From a virus: 64,000 nucleotides of DNA. Below the pieces are notes generated by a model. That model ran no database searches, was not told the DNA's origin, and worked only from the letters and a program-made list of their open reading frames with translations. Within the stretch, counting starts at the first letter, position 1; each line of letters opens with the position of its first letter. The stretch lies in IMG/VR virus record IMGVR_UViG_3300022752_000019, positions 1 through 64,000 of that record. The stretch is one strand, 5' to 3'. This document shows, one piece after another, positions 7,900 to 16,076 of this stretch. A program made the translations under genes and the position numbers.

Positions 7900-8205
7900 A
7901 TGGATATTCGCACCCAAAGAACGGCGAAGAATTTCATCAAGATGCGAGGGCGCGAGAACTTCAAGCTGCTTCTGGACATGTTCCATCAGCAGCTGAGCGG
8001 CGAATACATCGCCGAGAAGTTCGAAGTCTCCCGTGAACGGGTGCGCCAATGGCGCGACATTTTTGGTCGTACAGTCAAAACCTACGAATTCGTCCCCGGC
8101 CTGTACCAGCTTACTCAAGAGGAACAAGATGAACGAGAAGCATCTGGCAGCGAGAATCGAGCACTGCCTGACGATTGCGAAGATGAGCTCGTGCACGCGC
8201 CGTAA
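7900..8205 (+). CDS. sigma-70 region 4-like HTH protein
   Basis: SGEYIAEKFEVSRERVRQ resembles sigma region 4.2. Confidence 0.65.
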   Translation: MDIRTQRTAKNFIKMRGRENFKLLLDMFHQQLSGEYIAEKFEVSRERVRQWRDIFGRTVKTYEFVPGLYQLTQEEQDEREASGSENRALPDDCEDELVHAP

Positions 8206-8833
8206 GTTCGGCGCGGTGCTGATCAATCCCGAAAGGAACACCATCATCTCGGATGGATACAATGGTGGTCCGCGAGGCGGCGGCCGCCTCTGCGGAGGTC
8301 AGGTCTGCCTGCGCGACGGAGTTCGTGAGGAAGACCTGACCTTCAGCTACTCGCCTGGAGATCGCTATACGGCCACTGCGGTCTCGGTCGTTGTGGCTGG
8401 AGCCGAGGTCTACAGGGAGAACATCACCTGGAGTGACAGGGCTTTGGACAGCCAGGGAGGCTATGTGAGCGCCCAGGGAGGCTATGTGAGCGCCCTTGAG
8501 AGAGCGAAAAAGTACTCGGATACTCTTCTTCGTCCTCCCATCAAGTCTGGAACCGAACTCCAGATCGGCTGCCACCATGCGGAGTCCAACGCCATCGCCA
8601 ACGCCGCCGCAGATGGGCGATCAACTGCGGGTGCCTGGCTCATCGTTACGGGCGAGCCCTGCTTGATGTGCGCGAAGCTGATCCATCACGCAGGCGTCAA
8701 GAGGGTGCTCTGTGTGAAGGGAGGATACGCCGGAAGCGCCGACGGGGTGCACTACCTGCAACAGCACGGGGTGCCCGTTCAGTACGTTGACGGTCCGCAG
8801 GACCCGAGGAGCAGCAGTGTCGAACGTCCATAA
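8129..8833 (+). CDS. dCMP deaminase family protein
   Basis: SSCTRRKFGAV, GYNG, HAE and PCLMCA zinc motifs. Confidence 0.9.
   Translation: MNEKHLAARIEHCLTIAKMSSCTRRKFGAVLINPERNTIISDGYNGGPRGGGRLCGGQVCLRDGVREEDLTFSYSPGDRYTATAVSVVVAGAEVYRENITWSDRALDSQGGYVSAQGGYVSALERAKKYSDTLLRPPIKSGTELQIGCHHAESNAIANAAADGRSTAGAWLIVTGEPCLMCAKLIHHAGVKRVLCVKGGYAGSADGVHYLQQHGVPVQYVDGPQDPRSSSVERP
8452..8493 (+). repeat. 21-bp perfect tandem duplication
   Basis: CCAGGGAGGCTATGTGAGCGC x2, in frame (QGGYVSA). Confidence 0.9.
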
Positions 8834-9043
8834 TCCCTCCCACTATGGAGGGGCGAACAATCCATACGAGACCATCAAGGTCATTCGGGCGTGGGATCTG
8901 GCTTCTGCCTGGGCAACGCGGTGAAGTACATCAGCCGGGCCGGAAAGAAGGACCCAGAGAAGCTCATTGAGGATTTGGAGAAGGCCGTGTGGTACCTCCA
9001 GGAGGCCATCCGTCAGGCCAAGAGCGGAGTCAAGCCATGCTGA
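8817..9043 (+). pseudogene. DUF3310 (SaV / T7 gp1.7-like) gene with a 1-nt frameshift near 8900
   Basis: VHNPSHYGG..YETIKVI in one frame; FCLGNAVKYISRAGKK..EDLEKAVWYL in another. Confidence 0.8.
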
Positions 9044-9909
9044 GAGATCAACTCCTCGAAGAGTTCGGCTACAAGAATCGCTTCCCGGTTCTCGATCACG
9101 GACATGTGTTCGTGGTCGATGTCATGGGAGACGACGAGACGGTAGAGCGCGCGGCGCGCGTCTCGTACCAGAAGGGAACTCGTGCCAAGAGGGACACCGA
9201 GCACCTCATTCGCTACCTGATGAAGCATCGGCACACCACCCCATTCGAGCAGTGTGTCATCACGCTCGACATGAAGATGCCAATCTTCGTCGCAAGGCAG
9301 TTCGTTCGGCACCGGACGCAGAGCATCAACGAAATCTCGGGGCGCTACTCCGAGCTGCCCGAAGAGTTCTACGTCCCCGAGCCTCGCAACCTCTGCTACC
9401 AGAGCAAGAAGAACAAGCAGGGAAGGGCGGAGGCATACCCGCCCGAAGAGGCCGACGCTCTGCTGCTTCAGATGACCGACGAGTCGCAGGAGTCTTTCCG
9501 CACGTACAAGCAGTTCCTCGATGCCGACATGGCCCGCGAGACTGCGCGGATTCAGCTGCCGCTGTCGACGTACACGCAGTGGCAGACGACGATGAGCCTG
9601 CACAACCTGTTTCACTTCCTCAAGTTGAGGCTGGATCCACATGCCCAGTGGGAAGCGAGGCAGTACGCGAATGCGATCTTCAAGATCGTGATGGCGTGGG
9701 TACCGCTGTCGGCGCAAGCATGGGTCGAGTATCAGTACGGAGCACACACATTCAGCCTGACGGAAGTGCAGGCATTGCGTGAGTTGGTGAAGAGAGTGGA
9801 CGAGGATGACTTTCGCCACGCTCTCAGCGGACTCGACATGAGCGATCGTGAGATTCGCAGTTTCCTCGAGGTCCTCGGAGTACCGCATGTTCGTCATCGT
9901 TCTGAATGA
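9037..9909 (+). CDS. thyX: flavin-dependent thymidylate synthase
   Basis: HTTPFE, RHRTQSINEISGRY (RHRx7S), RETARIQLP, HAQWEAR. Confidence 0.95.
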   Translation: MLRDQLLEEFGYKNRFPVLDHGHVFVVDVMGDDETVERAARVSYQKGTRAKRDTEHLIRYLMKHRHTTPFEQCVITLDMKMPIFVARQFVRHRTQSINEISGRYSELPEEFYVPEPRNLCYQSKKNKQGRAEAYPPEEADALLLQMTDESQESFRTYKQFLDADMARETARIQLPLSTYTQWQTTMSLHNLFHFLKLRLDPHAQWEARQYANAIFKIVMAWVPLSAQAWVEYQYGAHTFSLTEVQALRELVKRVDEDDFRHALSGLDMSDREIRSFLEVLGVPHVRHRSE

Positions 9910-10102
9910 TGGAGAGACGTTCTCGGAACTCTCCGGAACTCGGATCATCGAGGTTCCCGAGGATGTTCACAGGGAAGACCTCGACGAGTGGGTCAAGGAC
10001 GCCTACGAGATGGGGCAGGGTGTGCCTTTGGGAGAGACCGCCGTCAAAAAGGCGATGGACCTGGAAACTCTCATCAAAAAGGCGCTGGAGAAGAAGTCAT
10101 AA
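9887..10102 (+). CDS. hypothetical protein
   Basis: GGAG RBS, 71 aa. Confidence 0.6.
   Translation: MFVIVLNDGETFSELSGTRIIEVPEDVHREDLDEWVKDAYEMGQGVPLGETAVKKAMDLETLIKKALEKKS
10075..10102 (+). promoter_or_regulatory. putative phage promoter (CAAAAA-N15-GTCATAA)
   Basis: Recurring motif overlapping a stop codon, 27 nt before ATG 10130. Confidence 0.4.
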
Positions 10103-10129
10103 GCCCGATGGACAGCAATAGGAGATTGA

Positions 10130-10603
10130 ATGTCCGACAAACTTGAACTGGCGGTAATCGAGGAACGTCAACTGGCGGTGGTCAAGCACAATGCCTCGAC
10201 CATCTTCGCGGCGCTGTTGGCGGCGGATGTACCGGCTGCCACGGTCGTCTTCTACGGAGGAGGGGACAGCGGAAGCACGGAGTTCGATGGCCCCTCGTCT
10301 ATGCCGGAGGCTGTGCTGGAGTCGCTGCACCAGATGCAGTCCCTTCATCGACACTGGGGCCCATTGGAAGAGGGCGGATTCGGATACGTCGGAACGTCGG
10401 TGATCGAGAGAGATTGCACCCTGCGACAGCTGCTGTGCGACATGGCAGCTCAGGTCGTGTACGCAAAATTCGGAAATTGGTATGACGGAGACATCCGAAC
10501 CCATGGACAGGTGAGATTTGATGCGGTCGAGCGCACGATTGTCACTGATATGACTTCGTACGAACCGAAAGATATGACTTTTTCCATCGAGGTGGCCAAA
10601 TGA
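10130..10603 (+). CDS. DUF6878-like protein
   Basis: FYGGGDSG..NWYDGD..GQVRFD pattern. Confidence 0.55.
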   Translation: MSDKLELAVIEERQLAVVKHNASTIFAALLAADVPAATVVFYGGGDSGSTEFDGPSSMPEAVLESLHQMQSLHRHWGPLEEGGFGYVGTSVIERDCTLRQLLCDMAAQVVYAKFGNWYDGDIRTHGQVRFDAVERTIVTDMTSYEPKDMTFSIEVAK

Positions 10604-11100
10604 ACAGCGTTGACCTTCTGAAGAAGTTCATGGAATCGCGCGAAGAAACCCTGGGCGCCGTCCTGGATTGCCTGAAGGAGCGGCTGTCCACCCCGGGGTC
10701 GACACTGGTCTACCGGGGCTACACGCCGTCCTTCAACGATGGCGACCCGTGCACGCACGGATGGTCCTACTTCGGATTCGGACCGGGGTGGCACGACGAC
10801 GGCACGCACTTCGTCACGGACGACGGTGTCGTCCTTGACGCCTACATCGACAGCGACGAGCTCGAAAGGATGGGGATCGCCGTGCCGGAAGAGCGCGTCC
10901 CTCTTCACGAGCAGGACAGCGCGCTCCTCAGCCTGGTTCAAATCTTCTGGGACGACATCGCCGATGCTGTGCCGAGCGCCAAGATCCGCTGGGCAAGTGA
11001 CTCCCCGCGGCAATTCGACGTCACGAACTGCGAGGGGAAGTTCTACGTGAACACGAAGGGCGACCTCTGCGTGACCCAAAAAGATTACTGCTGCGACTGA
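10600..11100 (+). CDS. conserved phage protein (YTPxFNDGDPC family)
   Basis: GYTPSFNDGDPCTH motif; ATGA overlap. Confidence 0.65.
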   Translation: MNSVDLLKKFMESREETLGAVLDCLKERLSTPGSTLVYRGYTPSFNDGDPCTHGWSYFGFGPGWHDDGTHFVTDDGVVLDAYIDSDELERMGIAVPEERVPLHEQDSALLSLVQIFWDDIADAVPSAKIRWASDSPRQFDVTNCEGKFYVNTKGDLCVTQKDYCCD

Positions 11101-11531
11101 TGGTACCCGCCCAGCTCTTCCAGGCTCACCCGAGCCTGGAAGGGCTGCCCATCGGGCAGCTCAAGTACGCAAGCCTGGAGTACGCAACCGACAGCCTGAC
11201 ACCACTGAAGGAGCTGATCCTTCGGATGGCGGCAGGCATCCGCGAACCCAGGGTCTCCTATACCTTCCGACACCTTGCGCCCGGTGGGTGCTTCGGGCAC
11301 GGCCGCTGGCACAAAGACGGCCGGGAGCAGCCCGAAGAGGTCCACAGGTTGCTAACGATCGGCGGCTGCCCGACAGAAGGGCAGGGAGGCTTCATTCTTC
11401 ACGCCGGAACGGTGTGGGAGTACAGCGGCGCGTATCTACATCGCGCAGTCCCCTCAACAATGGGAGGGCCTCGGCTGATGCTGAGGATCAGCCAGACCGA
11501 GATGCACTACCGAAACTTCTGGAACACATGA
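11100..11531 (+). CDS. 2OG-Fe(II) oxygenase / cupin-like protein
   Basis: WHKD..LHRA..RLMLR spacing fits HxD...H...R. Confidence 0.5.
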   Translation: MVPAQLFQAHPSLEGLPIGQLKYASLEYATDSLTPLKELILRMAAGIREPRVSYTFRHLAPGGCFGHGRWHKDGREQPEEVHRLLTIGGCPTEGQGGFILHAGTVWEYSGAYLHRAVPSTMGGPRLMLRISQTEMHYRNFWNT

Positions 11532-12331
11532 TGGACATTCAGTGGACGGTTCCAATCTCCGGCTCGACGGCAAGTAACGGCGTTGGGAAGGTCATGATCG
11601 ACGGGGAGTCGCATACCGTACGGTTCCACTCTGCCGCAGGGCGGTGGCAGATGACGGTTCACGACCTGAGCGGCGAAATGAGGTGGATCTGGAAGGGATC
11701 CAACGATTACGCGTGGAGCGTGCAGGATCCCGAGGCGTCGGATCTCTGCAACACACTGCTCGAGATGCCTCGGTCCAAGTGGATCCCGCCGGTTGACTAC
11801 CATTCTATGATTCACATTGTGATGCCGCTCCGGCTCCAGGTGTGCCGGGACAGAGCGCCTCAGTCACGCGGTCCTGAGTTGACGGACGGCGGACCGGACT
11901 GGGATCTCCGCATGTCCCATCGACAGCTTCGACTCCTGGCCGAGGCACTCGAGTTCTACGAGCGTACGGTGGGGCTCGGACAGCTTGAGGAGTTCGCATG
12001 GGCCCTCACCATGCGGGAAAACTCTCGGTACGATCCCGATAAGCAGCGGGACGTGGAGAATCTCCTTGTCCTGCTCAAGAAGCGAGTCTTCGATTTGGAT
12101 CGAAACCAGAGCTTCGGGATCTACAGTGCGGAGGTCCCGGAGAAGTTCCGCGTTGTCTACGACATGTTCAAGGTGGCGCGGAAGCGACTGGCAGAGACTG
12201 AGATCGCCAGGCTCAGGATGAACGGAGACAACAAAGGGGCCGAGCGAGTTGCGATGACTGTCTGGAACGACGAAGTCTACGCGTCCTCGTCAGAACAGCC
12301 CCTCATCACGGTCAAGAAGGAAGACCTGTGA
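11528..12331 (+). CDS. hypothetical protein
   Basis: ATGA overlap, 267 aa. Confidence 0.7.
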   Translation: MMDIQWTVPISGSTASNGVGKVMIDGESHTVRFHSAAGRWQMTVHDLSGEMRWIWKGSNDYAWSVQDPEASDLCNTLLEMPRSKWIPPVDYHSMIHIVMPLRLQVCRDRAPQSRGPELTDGGPDWDLRMSHRQLRLLAEALEFYERTVGLGQLEEFAWALTMRENSRYDPDKQRDVENLLVLLKKRVFDLDRNQSFGIYSAEVPEKFRVVYDMFKVARKRLAETEIARLRMNGDNKGAERVAMTVWNDEVYASSSEQPLITVKKEDL

Positions 12332-12334
12332 TGT

Positions 12335-12369
12335 GACGGTCCCCAGGAGTTCCTGGGGACCGTCTTTTT
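12335..12369 (+). terminator. intrinsic terminator between convergent genes
   Basis: GACGGTCCCCAGGA/TCCTGGGGACCGTC plus TTTTT. Confidence 0.85.
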
Positions 12370-12372
12370 AGC

Positions 12373-12645
12373 TCAAGAACGAGCCTTCTTCCACAGCTTC
12401 CGGCCCAGGAAACCCGAGAGCAGCAGCGCGCCGAGAATGAGGAAGCCGGTGAGCAGGTCGCCCCCAGCCAGCGTCGAGACGGCCTCGGCCTTCTCGTCGG
12501 TCAGCGCGACTTCCTGCGCAGCTTCAGGGGCAGGGGCCGCCTCGGCGGGAGCAGCAGGAGCAGGGGCTTCTGCGGCAGGCGCAGGCTCGACAGCCGGAGC
12601 GGGGGCGGGAGGAGTAGACTCAGGAGCGGGTGTTGCTTGGTCCAT
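12373..12645 (-). CDS. Pro/Ala-rich protein with C-terminal TM helix and basic tail
   Basis: GGAG RBS; LLTGFLILGALLLSGFLG-RKLWKK. Confidence 0.7.
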   Translation of the reverse strand: MDQATPAPESTPPAPAPAVEPAPAAEAPAPAAPAEAAPAPEAAQEVALTDEKAEAVSTLAGGDLLTGFLILGALLLSGFLGRKLWKKARS

Positions 12646-12673
12646 GGAGGTCTCCGTGGGAGGTTGGTGGTCT

Positions 12674-12699
12674 CAAATTACCTTACTTTTGCGACATAA
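12674..12699 (+). promoter_or_regulatory. putative phage promoter (CAAATT-N13-GACATAA)
   Basis: Recurring motif in divergent intergenic gap before ATG 12725. Confidence 0.55.
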
Positions 12700-12724
12700 G
12701 GTTCTATGTGGGAGGGAAGATAGC

Positions 12725-13192
12725 ATGCAGACGGAGTTGGTGCGAATCCTCGAAAAGCTCATGGATCTTCAGAAGGAGATCCTTTCTCTCATGGCAAGCC
12801 CGAAGACGGATGACATCGAAGAGAAAGATGTGAAGACGGAAAGTGTGGTCCCTCTTCGTCCCAAGCCGGGTTCGCGCCTCATTTGGCGAGATCACCATGA
12901 CTCGGAATGGGGCCGAAAGGTGCGCGCGATCATTGGACTCTCTGAGTACGGCGCTGACTTCCATCCTGCCATCGGGATCGCCTACCTCAAGACCGAGTTC
13001 ACGCGCGAAGTCGCGTGGGCCTCGGCTCAGCGCGCGTGGCGACAGCTGCGTGCGGAGAACCGAGTGCCCTCCGTGCCGTACAACTGCCTGCGCAAGGCAC
13101 ACACGAAGGACTGGTACATCTGGGTCTACGACCCGGAGATGAGCAAGAAGAAGTGGGTGAGCGAGAGGATTCAGCAGAGGAAGGAGGAGTGA
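12725..13192 (+). CDS. hypothetical protein
   Basis: GGAGG RBS, 155 aa. Confidence 0.7.
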   Translation: MQTELVRILEKLMDLQKEILSLMASPKTDDIEEKDVKTESVVPLRPKPGSRLIWRDHHDSEWGRKVRAIIGLSEYGADFHPAIGIAYLKTEFTREVAWASAQRAWRQLRAENRVPSVPYNCLRKAHTKDWYIWVYDPEMSKKKWVSERIQQRKEE

Positions 13193-13644
13193 TGGGAACG
13201 TACACGGCACTGCGGTTCAAGGCCAAGCTCACCCCTGAAGCAACGAAGGCGATTCGCTCTGCGAATGGGCATCGCAGCCAACTACACAAAGACTTCTGGG
13301 ACGTCGTGACGGATCACCTCGACAACATCAGCCCAGACTTCCTTGCTTATGGAAGAAGGAACTTCATTCCGCGTGGCGCAGTCTTTGGGTTTGGCGACTG
13401 GGGAGAGCAGAGGTCCTGGGTGTCGAAGGATGGCATCTGGGAGGTGGTGTGTAGTGCAAAGGACGTGGGGCACCATCCGGTGTCCATGATGGAACTGTTT
13501 GTCAACGATGTGCTGCCCGATCTCATCGCGGAAGATTGCCGCGCAGAGATCTGGTGCGAAGAATGGGATTCACCCAAAATATACGAGGTTGTACCCACAT
13601 GCGTCATCCCGAAATCATGCTCGGAGCCTCCGGAGCAAGAGTAG
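13192..13644 (+). CDS. hypothetical phage protein
   Basis: TGATG overlap, GGAGG RBS. Confidence 0.7.
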   Translation: MGTYTALRFKAKLTPEATKAIRSANGHRSQLHKDFWDVVTDHLDNISPDFLAYGRRNFIPRGAVFGFGDWGEQRSWVSKDGIWEVVCSAKDVGHHPVSMMELFVNDVLPDLIAEDCRAEIWCEEWDSPKIYEVVPTCVIPKSCSEPPEQE

Positions 13645-13646
13645 GT

Positions 13647-14711
13647 GTGGAGTTCCTGCTTCACAAGATGGAGGAAGTCCGCAAGGAGAGGCCGGACCTC
13701 CCCATGTCAACGCTTCTGGCCCAGGAGGCGGTTCCCCTGAACCCCACCACGGGCGAGCGGGCATCGGTCCGAGAGATGCCCTACATCCTCGGACTGCTCA
13801 GCAAGCACCCGATCTACTGGGAACTGGATCCCGCGCTGGCAGCCGCCATGCTGGCTACGGACCCTCCCGATGATCCCGGCCTGCGCGGGCTTCGACTTCC
13901 TCATCCGGCGATCTGGGTCGGCGTCCCGCCGATCTTCGAGATCTGGAACGAGGAGACGGGCATGCACAAGGTCGAGGGCTTCTACATTGCGGAGGACTGG
14001 ATCCCCTCCCGCAACAAGCTCTTCGAGAAGCTGAGTCGGAAGAACGTGCAGCTCCACGAACTGCACAGCACCGAAAGGAACATCGTCGCAGAGGCGTTCC
14101 AGGAGGCGATGGACAGCGGCCAAGCCGGTGACGTGCTCGAGCGCGCAGTGCTCGTGCTCGTGGTCGGTGAGAGCCGCTCGAAGCCGGCCGTCCGAAACGT
14201 GATGGCCTACGGGCACAGCTACGAGGTGGTCACGCGAGATGACGCGCTCCTCTCGTTCTGGATCTTCACTGAGGACCCCGAGCGGAAGCAGGAGGAGTAC
14301 ACTCCGGGATCCGATCTCGCGCGGAAGACCGTGATCAACTTCCTCATGGCGCTGCAATCGGACTACCTCTCGCACGAGAAGGTGGTGCCGAAGAAGCCCA
14401 AGAGCCCGAAGAAGGTCGCGCGCGCGGAGAGGCGCGGAGAGTCCTACTCCGAGTACTCCGTGATTCGCCTCGGGAAGAGGTACTCCTCCTCTGAGACGGC
14501 GAAGGGCACCAAAGCGAAGCCTGGGGAGCAGCGAGATCGCATCATCCGGGGTCACTGGGCTCACTACTGGGTCTTGGAAGAGAACGTCGGCTCACAGGTC
14601 CGCATCGAAATGCGCGAACGTGAAGACCGTCGTCCGCTGTACAAGATTCGGCGGTGGATCCGGCCGGTGATCATCGGGAACCCGCCGATCAAGACCTACC
14701 TCGTCAAGTAA
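13647..14711 (+). CDS. phage protein with C-terminal RGHW..W.RP motif
   Basis: IIRGHWAHYW..RRWIRPVIIG; start uncertain. Confidence 0.7.
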   Translation: MEFLLHKMEEVRKERPDLPMSTLLAQEAVPLNPTTGERASVREMPYILGLLSKHPIYWELDPALAAAMLATDPPDDPGLRGLRLPHPAIWVGVPPIFEIWNEETGMHKVEGFYIAEDWIPSRNKLFEKLSRKNVQLHELHSTERNIVAEAFQEAMDSGQAGDVLERAVLVLVVGESRSKPAVRNVMAYGHSYEVVTRDDALLSFWIFTEDPERKQEEYTPGSDLARKTVINFLMALQSDYLSHEKVVPKKPKSPKKVARAERRGESYSEYSVIRLGKRYSSSETAKGTKAKPGEQRDRIIRGHWAHYWVLEENVGSQVRIEMREREDRRPLYKIRRWIRPVIIGNPPIKTYLVK

Positions 14712-14726
14712 ACCCTCACGGGTTTC

Positions 14727-14750
14727 GGGCAGCCTATGGCTGCCTTTTTT
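14727..14750 (+). terminator. intrinsic terminator
   Basis: GGGCAGCC-TAT-GGCTGCCT plus T-tract. Confidence 0.75.
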
Positions 14751-14805
14751 AGATTACAAGTTCCACAGAAACGTGCAATAACTCAGATAGACAGGAGGTA
14801 ATTAC

Positions 14806-15393
14806 GTGATTCCACTAAATATCGCCAGGGCAATCAGTCGGATTTGGGACATGGGAGATCCAGTGCTGGGCAACAAGGTCCATCTGGGCCTGCACATTCA
14901 GTTCGACCCGGAAGACGAGGTAGTTCAGATGGAGACGGCGTGCAAGATTGCCGCGATTCAGATTTTCTTCGATAGCTCGCTATTGACCGATACGACTGCC
15001 CTTGATGGCCTGCACGACATCCTCATTCCTGAGAAGGAGGTGCGAAAGTACATTCGGAGCAAGGGCAAAGGCCCCTTGGAGTTCGAGCCGTTCGACGAAA
15101 ACTCGTATCAGTGGAGAGACATCAACGAGGCCCTTCGCGCGTCACACGTCGTACGAAGCCCGCGCGGGATCGAGTTGCCGACAACCGGAGTGAGGATCAA
15201 CAACCTCATCGCCGTCGGCAAGATCTTCGATGACATCTACGATGGAGAAGACGCTTCTCAGGTTATCAAGGTTGGACAAGAAACCCCGTTAGGAGTTATT
15301 CACTTTCACGTTGACATCGAAACGCAGGACACGACAGTGGACTGCTCGGTGTACGTCATGCCGTGCAGACTGGAGGTAGCAGATGAAGAGTAG
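14806..15393 (+). CDS. hypothetical protein
   Basis: AGGAGG RBS, GTG start. Confidence 0.75.
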   Translation: MIPLNIARAISRIWDMGDPVLGNKVHLGLHIQFDPEDEVVQMETACKIAAIQIFFDSSLLTDTTALDGLHDILIPEKEVRKYIRSKGKGPLEFEPFDENSYQWRDINEALRASHVVRSPRGIELPTTGVRINNLIAVGKIFDDIYDGEDASQVIKVGQETPLGVIHFHVDIETQDTTVDCSVYVMPCRLEVADEE

Positions 15394-15715
15394 CCTGGAA
15401 GAACTCCTGGACGAGGTTCGAGACGCAGAAGACGTGGTGCCGCTGCTACTGAAGCTCCGATGGTTTGCGGAGGAGCACGGCGTAATCTCACATCGAGTCC
15501 AAGATCTGATCAACAACACCAGCGAAGCACGCACGCTCTCAGTGGACCTCGAGGCAATCTACGAGGAGCTGGATGTCTTCCACACCGATGAGGCGATTCG
15601 CGAGATTCGCCGAATGATCGACGAGATCGACTCACTTCACGAGAACGTGAAAGAGTTGGGCGAGTCGCTGGAGCGCGCAGAAGCCGAGATCGCGCGCCTC
15701 AACGAGGGGGCATGA
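15383..15715 (+). CDS. coiled-coil hypothetical protein
   Basis: GGAGG RBS; acidic heptad pattern. Confidence 0.7.
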   Translation: MKSSLEELLDEVRDAEDVVPLLLKLRWFAEEHGVISHRVQDLINNTSEARTLSVDLEAIYEELDVFHTDEAIREIRRMIDEIDSLHENVKELGESLERAEAEIARLNEGA

Positions 15716-15792
15716 AAAATGGGCCCGGAGGGTGGGAGCAGTCCCTCCGGGCCCGGCCTCGACGGAGCGGAGCGAACTCCGGAGGCCCTGTG

Positions 15793-15817
15793 TAGATTAC
15801 TCAAGTTGGCGTCATAA
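15793..15817 (+). promoter_or_regulatory. putative phage promoter (TAGATT-N12-GTCATAA)
   Basis: Recurring motif upstream of the topoisomerase operon. Confidence 0.5.
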
Positions 15818-15863
15818 GCAAAGGGACAGGGTGCCTCCTGTCTTACTACTGGCAGGGAATACG

Positions 15864-16076
15864 ATGGACGACGTGGTTACCAACTTCATGACGGCGGACG
15901 AGGTCCGCGCTCACCTCAAGGCGCACCCAGGGGCGATGCCTGCAATGGACGACGCAATCGGAGACATGGTCGAGGAGGGCCTGCTCGTTGCCCTCTTGGT
16001 GGACGGAGAGATCTGCATCTCCATCACGGATACCGGACGCGGGCTCTACGAGCAGATGTACCTGGTCGAGACATGA
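15864..16076 (+). CDS. small hypothetical protein (winged-helix-like end)
   Basis: MVEEGLL..ISITDTGR; ATGA-coupled to next gene. Confidence 0.55.
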   Translation: MDDVVTNFMTADEVRAHLKAHPGAMPAMDDAIGDMVEEGLLVALLVDGEICISITDTGRGLYEQMYLVET

